Origin: Porphyridium purpureum
Taxonomy: Eukaryota
NCBI GenBank assembly: GCA_008690995.1
Contig: VRMN01000002.1
Span: forward strand, 372,001-436,000
Reading direction: 5' to 3'
Length of the DNA stretch: 64,000 bases
Of this stretch, positions 31,438 to 44,000 are shown piece by piece. Numbering within the stretch: position 1 is the first letter of the stretch; the number at the start of each line of letters is the position of its first letter. Made by a program: the position numbers and the translations under genes. The notes beneath the pieces were generated by a model, which searched no databases, was not told the origin of the DNA, and worked only from the letters and a program-made list of their open reading frames with translations.

Positions 31438-32988
31438 ATGGGGTACTTGAACAGCAGTGGCGGGGCGAAAGCCGATGCGCCCCCCGCGCGGGAGAAGAGC
31501 AAGAGCGGGCTGGGCATGTTGTTGAAAAAGTTGACCGTGCCCAAAGGCGGTGGCGGCAGCGGCGGCGCCGGTGCTGGTGCTGGTGCTGGAAGGATGGCGG
31601 TGCAAGTGGTGGACAGCGCGGATTCGAAGCAGGCGCTTGACGCAGCGAGGCAGATGGAGGACGACGAGAAGATGGCGCGCGAAATGGCCGCGACAGAGTC
31701 ATCGCCTGCGCCGATTATCCTCGGGCCGCCGCCGCCGGCCGCCGCGGCGCCGACCGTGCCAGCTGGTTCTGCAGACGACTTTTTTGGCATGACGCCCGCG
31801 CAGAATTTGGCAGCGGGTAAGCCTTCTGTACCATCGCCGAAACCTTCTGTGTCTCCACAATTCGCCCCCGCGTCGGCTGCCCCGGCGCCACAGGAGCAGC
31901 AGGCCGAGATCATTGAAGAGATCGATCTCACACAAAAAGGAAACGGGCAACCGGTGGCGAGTGACAACGACTTTTTCGCAGCGAGTATGGGAGCTGATCA
32001 CACCACTGTTACTGGGGGTGCGCCATTGGTTACCGTGGCTGTCGAGGAAGAGGATGATTTCTTCAGTGTCGGCGGTGGTGGCGGTGCCGCTGGCGGGGGG
32101 AATGCCAGCAGCGCGATGCCGCAACATCTCGCAGGTGATATTCCCACAGGTCACCCCGGGTTGCAGCTCTCTCCCGAAGAAAGCGAGCAGGTGCGCGCTT
32201 TGTACCAACAGAATCCCATGCAGGCGCAGATGCTCCAAACACAGATTCTGCAGCGCAAACTGACCGAGCAGGCGAATGCAATGAGCGCCCAGAAAATGCA
32301 GATGCGTGCGAACAACAGTGCACAAGGTGGCGGTGCTGGTGGTGGGTTGCCTCAGGTGCAGCTCACGCCACAAGAAGAGCAGCAGTTCATGATCTTGCAG
32401 CAGCAGAACCCCGCCACCGCAGCAATGTTTAGGCAGCAGCTGATTCAGCGGAAGCAGCAGATGCAGATGCAGGCTGGAGGCCAGGCTGGGATGCAGATGC
32501 ACATGCAAGTGCCGCAAGATGGCTCAATGCCAATGCAGCATCCGCAAATGCCCATGCCGCAATTTCATCCTAATCCGGTGATCGCAGCGCAGCAAGAAGC
32601 GCAGTATCAAGCCCTGCAGGCACAGCAGGCCGCTCGCGCGGCGCAGATTCATGCGCAGCAGGTTGCGCAGCAGGCTGAAATGCGTCGTCGTCAGGAGCAG
32701 CTTGTGAGGGAACAACAGGAAATGTTGCGGACGCAGCAGATGAATGCGCAGCGCCAGCAACAGGTTCAGCGCCAGCAGATGGCGATGCGGCAGCAAACGG
32801 CGATGCGGCAGCAAATGGTAGCTATGCAAATGCAGAAGCAGCAGCAAGCCATGATGCAAATGCAGCAACATCAGCAGCAGATGCAGCAGATGCAGCAGAT
32901 GCATCAGCAACCTCATGGGCATCCCGATGCGGGATACGACGCGGGTCCGCTCCAAGACGGGGGAGGATTTGCAGACGAGCCGTGGTAA
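31438..32988 (+). CDS. Gln/Met-rich low-complexity protein, 516 aa
   Basis: Long ATG ORF, three (D/N)DFF motifs, two LxPxExxQ...QQNP repeats, Q/M-rich coiled region. Confidence 0.8.
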   Translation: MGYLNSSGGAKADAPPAREKSKSGLGMLLKKLTVPKGGGGSGGAGAGAGAGRMAVQVVDSADSKQALDAARQMEDDEKMAREMAATESSPAPIILGPPPPAAAAPTVPAGSADDFFGMTPAQNLAAGKPSVPSPKPSVSPQFAPASAAPAPQEQQAEIIEEIDLTQKGNGQPVASDNDFFAASMGADHTTVTGGAPLVTVAVEEEDDFFSVGGGGGAAGGGNASSAMPQHLAGDIPTGHPGLQLSPEESEQVRALYQQNPMQAQMLQTQILQRKLTEQANAMSAQKMQMRANNSAQGGGAGGGLPQVQLTPQEEQQFMILQQQNPATAAMFRQQLIQRKQQMQMQAGGQAGMQMHMQVPQDGSMPMQHPQMPMPQFHPNPVIAAQQEAQYQALQAQQAARAAQIHAQQVAQQAEMRRRQEQLVREQQEMLRTQQMNAQRQQQVQRQQMAMRQQTAMRQQMVAMQMQKQQQAMMQMQQHQQQMQQMQQMHQQPHGHPDAGYDAGPLQDGGGFADEPW

Positions 32989-33241
32989 GTTTGGTTTTAT
33001 ATACCACTGCCTCTTTATCCTCTTTGCACGTTTTCCCTTTCTCCTAAGTGGCACGGAGGTTTTACGAGAGTGTGCGCGTCTGGAGTTTTTCTCATCAGTC
33101 GGGTGTTTTATTGCGTGTTTAAGCCATGGAAGCAAGCACCAACTTGTGGCCCAGCCTTCACATTTTTGCGTGTGCTGTTGTATGGCTAGTTCTTGCACAG
33201 ACCGCTGAAAATTTTATCGAGACTCTCAAGCTTTGAAGCGT

Positions 33242-36200
33242 TTACTCCCATCCCTGCGATAAATTCTCCCACGCTTTAAACTCTTTTGGGACGGTGTCCT
33301 TGCTGTACAGGTCCATGATTTTGCGGTGCGCATACTTGAGAAACTCTACGTAGCTCAGTGCAAAGCCGCCGTCCTTGTCCTCTACGAAACTGTGCACGTT
33401 CGCATCCATGTCCGCATAAGATAGAACGCGCACGCCCACCAACCCAAATCTGCTCTCCACGAGATGTTCAACGATCCTCTGAACGCGCATGCCGTACTCC
33501 CCTGGAGGGTTCGAGCTTAGCGGAACCGACCCGCGCAGTTTGAACACCGCAGGCGCACCGTCTTCGGCCCGGTACGAGATTTCGAAACATTCGGCCAATA
33601 TGTCTGGGTTCACCTCGGCGCCCACGACCGCCGTCAAGGTCAAGCCATCTTCGATCAGCAGGACACGGCTGGCTTCCATTTGGTCAGAGCCCGCGGGTAA
33701 GGCATTGGGGAGCGCAACGGGTTCCATACTCGGATCTGGGAGCACATAGTTAGAATTACATGGAAGCGGCTCTCCAGCCTCGGGCGGAAGCGACTCGAGC
33801 GCAAAGATGCGCGGATAAGCGAGCGCGGCAATTTCGCCGGATGGTGCGCTGCCAAGCCGAGAAAGCGCGTGCGCGCGCTCGTCCACTGACGGCCAACCGG
33901 AGCGACCGGCGTAGCTCGCCCTATCACTCAGTGCACACGACTTGGAAAGACCTAGCAGACACACGGGCAGTACTTTGAGTGCTTCTGGCAAAATCAGCTG
34001 ACCCGATGACGCTGCGGTGGCGCAAAACTTGCGATATACATATAGCATAAGAATGGAACGGCGCACCATTGCCTCGCGGCATTTGCTCACGGGCTCTGCG
34101 CCGCTGAGCGCTGCCTGGGCCGCTCGCTTTGCTAGCAATGCTAACACGCAATCCACGTCTGCAAACTTGAAAACATCCGCCAGCGACGACGTCTTTTGGG
34201 CAAATACGGTATGCACGCGAATGCGCCGCTGGCCGTTTGGGTCTGTGTACAGTGTTGCGCTCTGTATGCAAGGCATCCTGGCAAAATCCAGGGGGTTATT
34301 TAGACCTGGCGCGCTGCTGCCTGTGCCGTGCGGCATCACCGATTTATCAGAAGCGCCCTTTTCAAGATCGTCCTCATGATTCAGCAAGACCGCCACACAT
34401 GACTCGCTACTCATGACGGGTGACAGAATCTCGTGACCATGCAGCGGACGAGTAAAATTGCCAAAGTACTCTGTACACTCTAGGCCGGGAGAAACACGCA
34501 CTCGTGTCATTGCTTCAAATGCGTGTACGCCACTGACCGCACGTAACACTTGCCTGCTCAACACGTCACCGTCTCGCCATGCTTCAAACCTGGCATACAG
34601 AAGAGCCACACCGCCACAGTGTTTAGGCAACGGTGCAAGCGACGCAACGTCAAGCTCGGCAGCTCCTCCGATGCTAGACGGGCACAAGAAAAGGTCGACT
34701 GAGATATACTTCTCGCCCATCTCCGAGCCAAGCTTCCCGTAAAAATCATCAGCGGACGCTTTGAGTAAATCAGTCTCTCGTTGTTCGCTGAGCATGGCTG
34801 GTGGCGCGCCGCGCCGCTCCAGTTTGCCCAAGCCAATGGTAGGCATGGAAGCAACAAACGCAAAGACCTTGCCGCCGCGCGCTTCCAGTGCCATATTGAT
34901 AGCCGCCAGTGCTGAGCCGAGACAAGATGAGCCAGATGCGCCTGCTGCCGGAGGTACAGACGAAACAGGCTCACCTCCAATGTTACTTGAAGGCGCTAGC
35001 GCTGGCCACGCTGCGCAAATTGCGTCCAACGCTGCGAGCGCCTTCTTCGGCGAGCAGAAAAAGCCCTCGCCGCCCAACGGTACAAAAGGATCGTCCACAT
35101 CAACTACGTGAAGTATTTGCGCCATTTCTTGCATGCCGTTGTCTTGCTCTTGCGTGAGGGCTTGCTGTTGCCGGCAGTCGTAAAACTGAATGCCGCGGTC
35201 ATATGTCACAATGCTGACAGTGGCACCGGCAGCGTAACCGGGTAGGACGTGCTCTGCGTTGTTCAGAATATACCGCAGCGTATTGATGACCACGGCAGCA
35301 AGTCCACTTGTGAGGCTTGACGCGGAAACGTCGATTACGAACACAAAGGCTGGAGGCTTAGGCGGGCGCAACAAGTAGTCCGCGCTGCCAACTATATACT
35401 CGACCGAGCCGAACTGGAATTCGGGCCGGCTTCCATTCAAAGCATCCACACGCAATCCAGATGCACGATCCACTTCACCCATGTGCTCTGGTGGCGTGTC
35501 GCAGACCTGCCTGCACAGGTTACATTCAAACTTTGCGCCGCCAGAAAGAAACTTGAATCCTGGGTTGGCATACGCACGACAGCGCGAGCACCGCAGCGGG
35601 CCGCCGCCAAACATGGTGCGCATGTCTACCTCGCGTACATTGTACTCACCGGGGGCGACGCGCGCAAACGGCATGAGCAAAGCGCCGAACGGAATTGCGC
35701 TCTTAGCGTGCATCGCGCGCGACACCGCGACAGCGTTCGTGCTGAGCCGCACAAAGCGCGGAATGGCCGACCCGTCATCGATACCTATGTATGCTGAATT
35801 TGATCGCGGGGGTGCGTGAGGATTGGGTCCGTGCCTCATGTATAGCGCGCGCGGTTCACCGCAAGCCGGGTCCAACAGCGGTGGTCGAGGCATCACACTG
35901 GTGTTGAGCTTGTTCTCTGGAGCTGGCGCAGATACAGGCGCAGGCACTGGAGCGGATGCCCCCAGACCTCCTGCTGGGTATCTTTGCTGCTGGAGGAACG
36001 GCGGCACGGCGGCAGCTGGCATGTACGTTTGCGGTTGACCCTGATGCAGAGCCTGGCTCTGACTTTGCGGCGCCACAGGCGCGTACGATGGATACAGCTG
36101 TTGCTGTTGTTGTTGTTCCTGTTGCTGCTGCTGCTGCTGCTGGTAGTAGAGGTACGGATCTTGCGCTTGTGGCTGAAGCGGCTGCACAGACATGCGATCC

Positions 36201-36460
36201 ATCTGTTGCGTAGCGTACGCCATGTGCGCATTCACGCCCTCCACGCTGCCATTCATGCTGTACAAATCCTGCGGCATCGGGCGCGCCGCGCCGTGCACGG
36301 CCATCATGTCCTGATCTGACGCACCCATCTGTTGCTGCGGCGCCCACCCGCCACCAGCATACGGCTGCTGCGCAAACGCCGGCGACGGCGGCGGCTGCAC
36401 GTTTCTCGCCATCATCTCCGGCGCTACCGGCCGCATACTTGCTCTGCGCGCCCCGCTCAT
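33242..36460 (-). CDS. SEC24: COPII coat cargo adaptor Sec24 (C/D-like)
   Basis: RCSRCRAYANP...CNLC zinc finger, FVFVIDVS trunk, GQRRIRVHT, SSGQLILPEALKVLP, SYVEFL. Confidence 0.95.
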   Translation of the reverse strand: MSGARRASMRPVAPEMMARNVQPPPSPAFAQQPYAGGGWAPQQQMGASDQDMMAVHGAARPMPQDLYSMNGSVEGVNAHMAYATQQMDRMSVQPLQPQAQDPYLYYQQQQQQQQEQQQQQQLYPSYAPVAPQSQSQALHQGQPQTYMPAAAVPPFLQQQRYPAGGLGASAPVPAPVSAPAPENKLNTSVMPRPPLLDPACGEPRALYMRHGPNPHAPPRSNSAYIGIDDGSAIPRFVRLSTNAVAVSRAMHAKSAIPFGALLMPFARVAPGEYNVREVDMRTMFGGGPLRCSRCRAYANPGFKFLSGGAKFECNLCRQVCDTPPEHMGEVDRASGLRVDALNGSRPEFQFGSVEYIVGSADYLLRPPKPPAFVFVIDVSASSLTSGLAAVVINTLRYILNNAEHVLPGYAAGATVSIVTYDRGIQFYDCRQQQALTQEQDNGMQEMAQILHVVDVDDPFVPLGGEGFFCSPKKALAALDAICAAWPALAPSSNIGGEPVSSVPPAAGASGSSCLGSALAAINMALEARGGKVFAFVASMPTIGLGKLERRGAPPAMLSEQRETDLLKASADDFYGKLGSEMGEKYISVDLFLCPSSIGGAAELDVASLAPLPKHCGGVALLYARFEAWRDGDVLSRQVLRAVSGVHAFEAMTRVRVSPGLECTEYFGNFTRPLHGHEILSPVMSSESCVAVLLNHEDDLEKGASDKSVMPHGTGSSAPGLNNPLDFARMPCIQSATLYTDPNGQRRIRVHTVFAQKTSSLADVFKFADVDCVLALLAKRAAQAALSGAEPVSKCREAMVRRSILMLYVYRKFCATAASSGQLILPEALKVLPVCLLGLSKSCALSDRASYAGRSGWPSVDERAHALSRLGSAPSGEIAALAYPRIFALESLPPEAGEPLPCNSNYVLPDPSMEPVALPNALPAGSDQMEASRVLLIEDGLTLTAVVGAEVNPDILAECFEISYRAEDGAPAVFKLRGSVPLSSNPPGEYGMRVQRIVEHLVESRFGLVGVRVLSYADMDANVHSFVEDKDGGFALSYVEFLKYAHRKIMDLYSKDTVPKEFKAWENLSQGWE

Positions 36461-38099
36461 CGTCACGTGCTCTGTCCCCTCCGCCCTTCACTCTCCCTCA
36501 CCCACATCGGTCCCTCTTCATCCCCTCCCCAACCCGGCTCGCTGCTGTCCGCCACTCGCTCTGTGTTCACCTCGCACTGTACTTCCCTGCTCCTTGCTCC
36601 CACAGACTGCTAAGCGGACTTGCTGAAGAAGGACAAGGCTTATTTTCTTCCAGCGTCTCTTTCCGGGAAGCTTTCGTCCCCAATTCCACGCTGCAGCGCA
36701 CGTACTGCACGTCGCTGTTCTGTACCTGGTACTCTGTCTCCGTGAGGCACACGGTCCCAGGCAATTTTGGAGCTTTCGTTGCGTGTCGCTCATGGTATCT
36801 GGTGACAACCGCCAGTCTCTGCTTTATTCTCGCGCCTCGTCGGTGCACAACCAGAACGTCCCGCTCGTTCCAATCAGAAGCGAGAACCCCAATCACAAGC
36901 CCCGCCTTCTTACCAGCTGCCTCTGCAAATCTCTGACGCTCAAATTGCATGTGTGTGAAACCCGCTTTGTTGAGACGCGGCATTGCAGGATCTTGAAGCG
37001 ACCGCAACACGCTGAGCGTTCGTCTACAAGCACTGGAATGCTTGACCTCTGGAAAATCCCCAAGAGGTGCTCCTGGACAAAATAGCGCCTGCCTAGTCCT
37101 GGTTGTGTGAGCGAACACTGTAACGGAACACGTCCCGAACATTTCCATAGAACGTGGCAGATTTCCAAATCGCGCCGCGTCCAACGCCAAACTCCTACAA
37201 GGTGATGGATAGCACTGAAGTTCCTTGCAAACATGAAAATGCCATAGTCCGTACTTACTCGTCAGGACACCAATTTTCGGATCCCGTTGATCTTGCTTGC
37301 GCCGATCGCGGCAGGCACCGCTGCACGACTGGACATTAAGCTCTGCGGCCAACAAGTGCGTTACTCGGCGTCGACGTGCGATTGAATCTGCCGCCTCCAG
37401 TGGGCACGCCTGCGAACGTGTGGAAGCAGTTCTGACATTTGGCGTCTTGGCGACTTTACCTCTGCAAAGTTCTGTAATGCTCATTCTGTCCATGAAGACC
37501 TGGTCGTTTGGAGATTGTCATGGCAGCCAGTCCTAGTCTGTACCCGCCACATAAATTTGCAGTCACATGGTCGTTCCATAACCGCGCTCGCGCCGACATT
37601 CAGTTGCACAAGCGCGTGCTGGGACTGTCAGACGGCATGCCCGAACCTGCGCTTTAAAGGTAGTAGTCTGTTGGCGAACGACGAGACCAGAAGTACAGGG
37701 ACCAAAGACAACGTCCCAATGGAAAAACAAAGAGAGCACGTGAAGCAACAGATATGTACTCCTTGTTTGCGCGTGCCAAAGGACACATCAATCCACGAGC
37801 CCATGCAGAATGCATCGGCTCCGTTCCGTAACCTCAACCAGGACGAACGCCGCTTCACCGATCCCGATGCGCGTCGATCACCCGGCGGTACAGTGAACAC
37901 TGAAAGAGGGGGTACGGTAAAGTCTCATAAAAAGTGATCAGTTTATCAGAAGTGACGCTCGCTCGAGGGGTTCCAAGCGTTGGATGTTTTCTAGGGTTGT
38001 GAGGAGGCGGATCGAGAAAGCGCGAGTGGGGGGGAAGGTGAAGAGGTGGAGAGTCATGTTGTGAGAGGGGAGAGAGAAAGCGCGAATGGTTGGACGCCG

Positions 38100-41000
38100 A
38101 TGGAGGAGGACGAAAGGGAGTTGGAGGTGCAAGCTCTGGAGGCGATCTTTGGCACAGACCTGAAACGGCTACCGAACGAGAGCGCGGACGGCGGCGGTGG
38201 CGGTGGTGGTGGCGGTGCTCATTCGCATCATCACAGGCACGCGCATGCGACACAGCATGGCGCAGGGAAAAGGTATACAGTGGTGTTTGAGCTCGTGGTG
38301 AACCCGGATTCTGAGCAGGAAGTGCAGAACCCCAGAAAGTTTCCTGAGGCACACCAGCAGAGCACACATGTGTCGCTCCTGCTTACCTTTCGCCTGCCCC
38401 CGGACTACCCGGCAAAGGCGCCCTGCAAGATTTCGGCATCTCGGAGACGGAATCCAAGTACAAACGCGTTCTTTGGCCCGACAGAAGCCAAAGTAGCCGA
38501 AATTCGACGCATGGCTGCGGACGAGGCGAAGAAATACGTCGGCGTCGGCGTGTGCGTGTATGATGTGGTCAACGTGGTCCGCGAGGAGCTCGTCAAGATC
38601 AATCGGCCCGAGCTCGACCTGCGCGAGGAAATGATTCAGCGCCAAGCTGAAATGCAGCGTCACGAGCAGCATCGTTTGCAGAAGAAACGAACGGTGCAGC
38701 AAGCGCAAGCCGAGCAGCATCTGAAGCGAGAGAAGCAGCGTGCCTCTGAAATGGAACGCATGCGCAAGCTGGAAGCGCTCCTGACCAACGCACGGAACGC
38801 GCGCAAGCGCGAGGTGAGCGAGAGACTTGCATCACTGCCGACTGCGCCCTCGCTCGGGCATTCTCAATCGCCTCCTGGATTTGGTCTGCAAGAGAAGCGC
38901 AAAGAAAATGACCATGACCCGCTGCAGGAGCTGAGCGCAGATGACCCCGCGCTGCTGCTACGCGTTCGTGCGGACAGCTTGAACAAGGCGCGGAAACCAG
39001 ATCGGCAAGCCAAGGTCGATGGTACCATACAAAGAGAGCCTTTGATCCAGGCAATGCAAAGGCAGAATGAGCGCGAGCTTAACGATAGTGAAGATGATCG
39101 CTTTAGTCTTCGCGAAGAGGACATTGTGTTTGATGAAGACCCTTCGAAAACGTCAAGAATGAGCTGGAGCAGTAGCAGCAGCGGCAGCAGCACCAGCACC
39201 AGCACCAGCAGAAGTAACAAAGGAACGAAACAAGGTATGAGCATCAGTCGGACGAGCGAGCACGAACGCGATAAAAGTGGTACAGACTCAGACGCCGACT
39301 GGTCCAGCGCTTCGTCGGATGACGACAAGGATACTACCATCGACAGTGACAACGTCTCCAGCGGCCGCAACGTTCAGCTCAAAGGAAGCGGGTCTGCATC
39401 CGCATTGACGCAGCCGAAACCGATTCTTCACAGCCATCTGCGTCACACTCGCGCAGGTTCTGGGAGTCGGAATTCTCTCCGGCGAAATGTGTCCAGCATT
39501 GCCACCGACGAGCAGGACGATGACGAGAAGGACGAGCTTGGCAGTATTACGTTCAGCGACCGTGAGTTCGACCAGTCGCGCACGTCGCGTCTTTCAACAT
39601 CTCTGAATGATGGCGATTTTCTGGACCACACCATGCTCAACTCGCTGGGTGCAGCAAACTTTGGAATTAGCATTGAGTCTCGCGCCAGGCAGGCTTTATT
39701 TTTCCGGCAGCTGTTACGTGCCGTGCTGAACATGCTTCGACTTGGTCCAGGCACCTTAAATCAGAATCAGAACCGACGCATTGGGGTTGTTGCTGAGGAA
39801 TCCGGGCTCGTGTCAAGTCCTACGAAGGTGGCAGCGGCGCTCGCGTCCATTCTGCCGCCAAACGTGCTTTCCACGAGTGATGTTGGAAAAATCTTTGATC
39901 CAGCCGATTCAACACGCTTCAGGAAGGAGTTTGCGCTAGAAATCAGTGCTGCGCATGCATCTGGGGGAAGTATTGCCAAGTTTTGGTCAGTCATGCTCGC
40001 TGGAGGCTCGTTGGATCACGGTGGCGGTGGTATTGGTCACGCCAATGCATCAGGTACCAGCCATGCTACAAGCAATCATCAAAACAACCGTCATGATCGC
40101 CGCTATCGCGACACTGTGTCGCGGGCGTTGCGGGCCGCTGCAAACCATAATGGTCGCCGCAAGAATTCCCACGAGTATAATCAGATGCGGCGCTCGGCGT
40201 CGCTGGCCACAAGTTTCCAAATTTCAAGCCGCTTTAAGGACGACTTTTTGGTTCTTCAAAAACTGGGCGCGGGCGGATTTGGGTCAGTGGTGAAGGCGCG
40301 CAATCGTCTTGATGGTCGCGTGTACGCGATTAAGCGCATTCCACTTACGGAAGCTGAACTTAATGACCGCACCATTCTACGTGAGGTCATGACGCTTGCT
40401 CGGCTGACGCATCCGAACATTGTGCGATACCATCAAGCCTGGCTGGAGCGCCTGGACGAAGCCGAGCTGGAGCACGACTTGAGCAATGATCACAGCACCC
40501 GGGGTTCGTCGTCCGATTTGACGGCACAGGCGCAAGCATCCCCCATCATCGCGAAGCTATTCATCCAGATGGAGTTTTGCACCAGTACGCTGCGCGAATT
40601 CATCGATACCGTAGACGATACGGGAATGGATCTGTGGTCTGTTTTCCGTCAAATTGTGGAAGGGCTTGATAATATCCATTCTCGCGGCATCGTTCACCGT
40701 GATCTGAAGCCAACCAACATCTTCTTTTCCGAGTCTGGCGCCATAAAGATTGGAGACTTTGGGCTGGCCTCCATTCGCTCGATGGAAGGTGAAGACGAAG
40801 GCGCAGACGAGCCTAGTAAGGAAGCTGCGTCCTTAGCGGACAAATCAGCTGCTGATCATGATCATCAAAAAGGGGAGGAGGTCAGACCGAGCAATGCGCC
40901 GGCGGAGGTAAAGGAAGATCGCTCTGGTGATGCGGAGCATCATGTGCCAAGCCATTCGCACGCAAAAGGAAAAGACCGATCCGGTGTGCTTCCGTGGTCA

Positions 41001-44000
41001 CAGCACGATCAGACGACGGACGTGGGCACATTTTACTACCGCGCACCTGAGATCGAAAGCATTGTGCTCCGCAGTGGAGCGGGTTGGGGCGAGAGAGAGG
41101 ATGGAACGGGTGTGAATGTTGCAACGCATGTGCTTGCCCCTGCCGCTTCTTCAGGCACCCGAAGAACCGCGCGATACTCGAACAAGGTGGACTTGTATAG
41201 CTTGGGCGTGATTGCATGGGAACTGTGGCATGGACCCTGCTCGACCGAACATGAGCGATATCAGCAGCTCATGACGCTCCGCGCAACAGCTCTTCCACCT
41301 GATGAATTATTTAGAGAGGCTCTCCCGCAGCAGACCCGTCTCATCAACGCCCTGATGAGTCCAGACCCCGAAAACCGCCCGTCAGCATCTGAGCTGCTGA
41401 CGTCAGACGTGTATATGCCGCCGCGCATCGAGGATGATTACTTTCGTGACATCATTCGGCAGCTTGCCCTCCCCGGAAACACCTTGCGCAAGAAGGTGCT
41501 CGAAGCGCTGTTCAGTAGCGGGATTGGCAGCGCTACCAACGTATCTCGCAGAATGCCAGCAGGTAGCTCGTACGGTGGGAGCGGTGTTTCAGCATTGTCA
41601 CTGGCATCCTCCGGTCAACTTCAGCCCGCGACACTGTCCATGAGCGACTTGCTCCCGCAGCGACCGCGCCTATTGTTTGGTTGCGTTCAAGACCGAAGCA
41701 TTTTTCAGCTGGGTGATCTCAAAGAGGCGTTGGTGGGCGTGTTTGTGTCCGTGGCTACGCAGTACGGCGCTCACGCCTTGAGCGCGCCGCTCGTCACTCC
41801 CGTGGAAAGCAGTGCTGCTTACGTGTCGACGTGTGATGGTCCAGATGAGGCTTCCGCCAGTGGGACAGGATCGAACGCATTAGAAGGCATCAGCGAGTAC
41901 AATGCAAACATACAGGTACCGTTTTTGACCGAAAGTGGCGAGGCGCTTTCACTTCGACGCGACTTTCGCAGTTACCTGGCGCGGATGGTGGCGGACGGCG
42001 TGGCCAGTCCAGTCAAGTGCTACCAAGTCGGGGACGCTTGGTTTCCCAGCATTCGTCCGTCTTCATTGCATCAGCATCATAATCAGCAGCAGGAGCCAGA
42101 GCGAGGCGTCGCTGCGGGAAAGCAAATTTACGCCCCATCGCAGTATGGGCAAGGCCGCGAAGTGGCACTGTCTTCCTCGCCGGATGTGACTGGATTCATG
42201 CTTGGTGTGCGCGGGGTTTTTGATCTAACGGAGAAGAGCGGCCGGGCCGGTGCTCCCACAGCTGACGTTGGGAGTACGCACCGCCCAAGCGGAGCAGTTT
42301 TCCGCGCCCATGCCACCGCGGACTTGGACTTTGTAGCGCCAAACCCTTGGGCACCGCACGCTGCCGAGGCGATCAAAGCTGCGCTTGACTTTTCGAGCTC
42401 GGTGCTGACCCTCCCGCATCTCTCTGCTGGGGCGGGTGTGGGTATGGGCATTGGCACCGGTTCAAGCTTTGGCATGAACGCGCGACCTCGCTTTAGCTTG
42501 AGGCTTGGGCACACCCGGATTACGCAGCAGGTGCTGCAGTTCTGTGGCCTGCCGGCACAGCTGCATGCACACATAGGAGGGATTTTGTCTCAGACACCCT
42601 TTTTTGGCTGGGCCGTCACGAAGCGAGCCCTACTTGAGTCGCAGCGCATCAGCAAATCATGCGTCGAGACGCTCGCGCCTTTTGCAGTGCTGCGTGGGAC
42701 GCCCAAAACGGTCATCAAGGGTCTGGTCAATCTGATGCAGCATGGTAAAGGTTCCCGCAGTGGCCATGGTAGCAGCGATGTCGTTGCCTCAGATGCACTG
42801 CCCGCTACCGCCGCTTACTTGCGTGAATCTTTGGAACCTGAACTTGAAGGTATCGAGAAAGGAATGCGTCGACCGGACACCAGCAAGCAAAGGGGGAACC
42901 GTGGCGGCGGAATGGCAGCGGCCACTGCGGCCGTGCAACGGTCGTCGAAGACAGATTCAAAAAAGATATCCCGCGCGCTTGCCGAACCGCTTGAAGAGCT
43001 GTGTGCGTGTTTATTGCTCCTCGAGGACATGAATGTGAGCACGGAAGACATAATTCTTGACGCAATAATGTGCCCGACAAGTTGCTCGAATTCAAGGCCA
43101 CCGCTTCCTAATGCCACCGCAAGCTCTTCACTTGCACTCGGATCAAGTGGCAGCGGCGGTAATGCAGCTGCTCTTTACGATCGTGATTCGAATCTTTACG
43201 TTGAGCGCATGAGATACCCGTCCGGCTCGTATACATTGGGCTCTTCGCAGACCTCGGAGGTTTCCGGGGCTCCAGGTAGCAGCGCAGGCGACTCATTTGT
43301 GCGATCCATGCACCCCGTTGATAGCGCGAGCGCATTCACGGCTTGGAGCGGATGCATCTTTGAGTTGGTCATGAAACTGGGAGGGAAGAGTGCTGCGGCC
43401 GCATCGACCTCGACGATAGCTTCAATTGCAGCGGCCTCATCGACGCCTGCCTCTGTCGTTTCCGGTCATGGCTTTGGGAGCGTGGCTGGAGAATGGTCTG
43501 TGGGTCCAATGCCCAATCTTGAAGATCAGGCGGGGTTTCGCGAGTATACAGAGCAGCGTTTGCAGACGCATCAGAAACATCATGGGCACAGTGCTGCATC
43601 GTTCCGCCCGGTGCTTCCGCCAATTGTCGAGGTCGTCGCGCGGGGCGGAAGCTGGAATCGCATGGTGCACGTGCAGCAGAACATGACGCAGGCGTCGCGG
43701 ACAAATTTAACGCAGAGGAATGAGTGCGACACGTATGGTGTCACATTTGACTTGGAAAAGTTGGTGTCGGTCATCAGTGTTGCTCATGCGCTCAGTGTCA
43801 GCCTCTCCGGTCTCGGAAACATGTCAGACGGGTTCGGACTGACACAGAGCACTGGGTCCGTCTTTGTGTACGGACAGAGTCGTGCGGCTTCAGATGAAGG
43901 AGATATGAGCAAAGATCAGAGGTCAGTGCTTGGACTGGTAGCCGAGCTCCGCGCGAACGGCGTACGCGCGGAGTACCTGTGCAAGAGCAATGCAACGGTG

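Noticed and set aside
36567..37937. 308-aa and 140-aa ORFs between SEC24 and GCN2
   Set aside because: Composition not clearly protein-like and no family recognised; left uncalled without expression data
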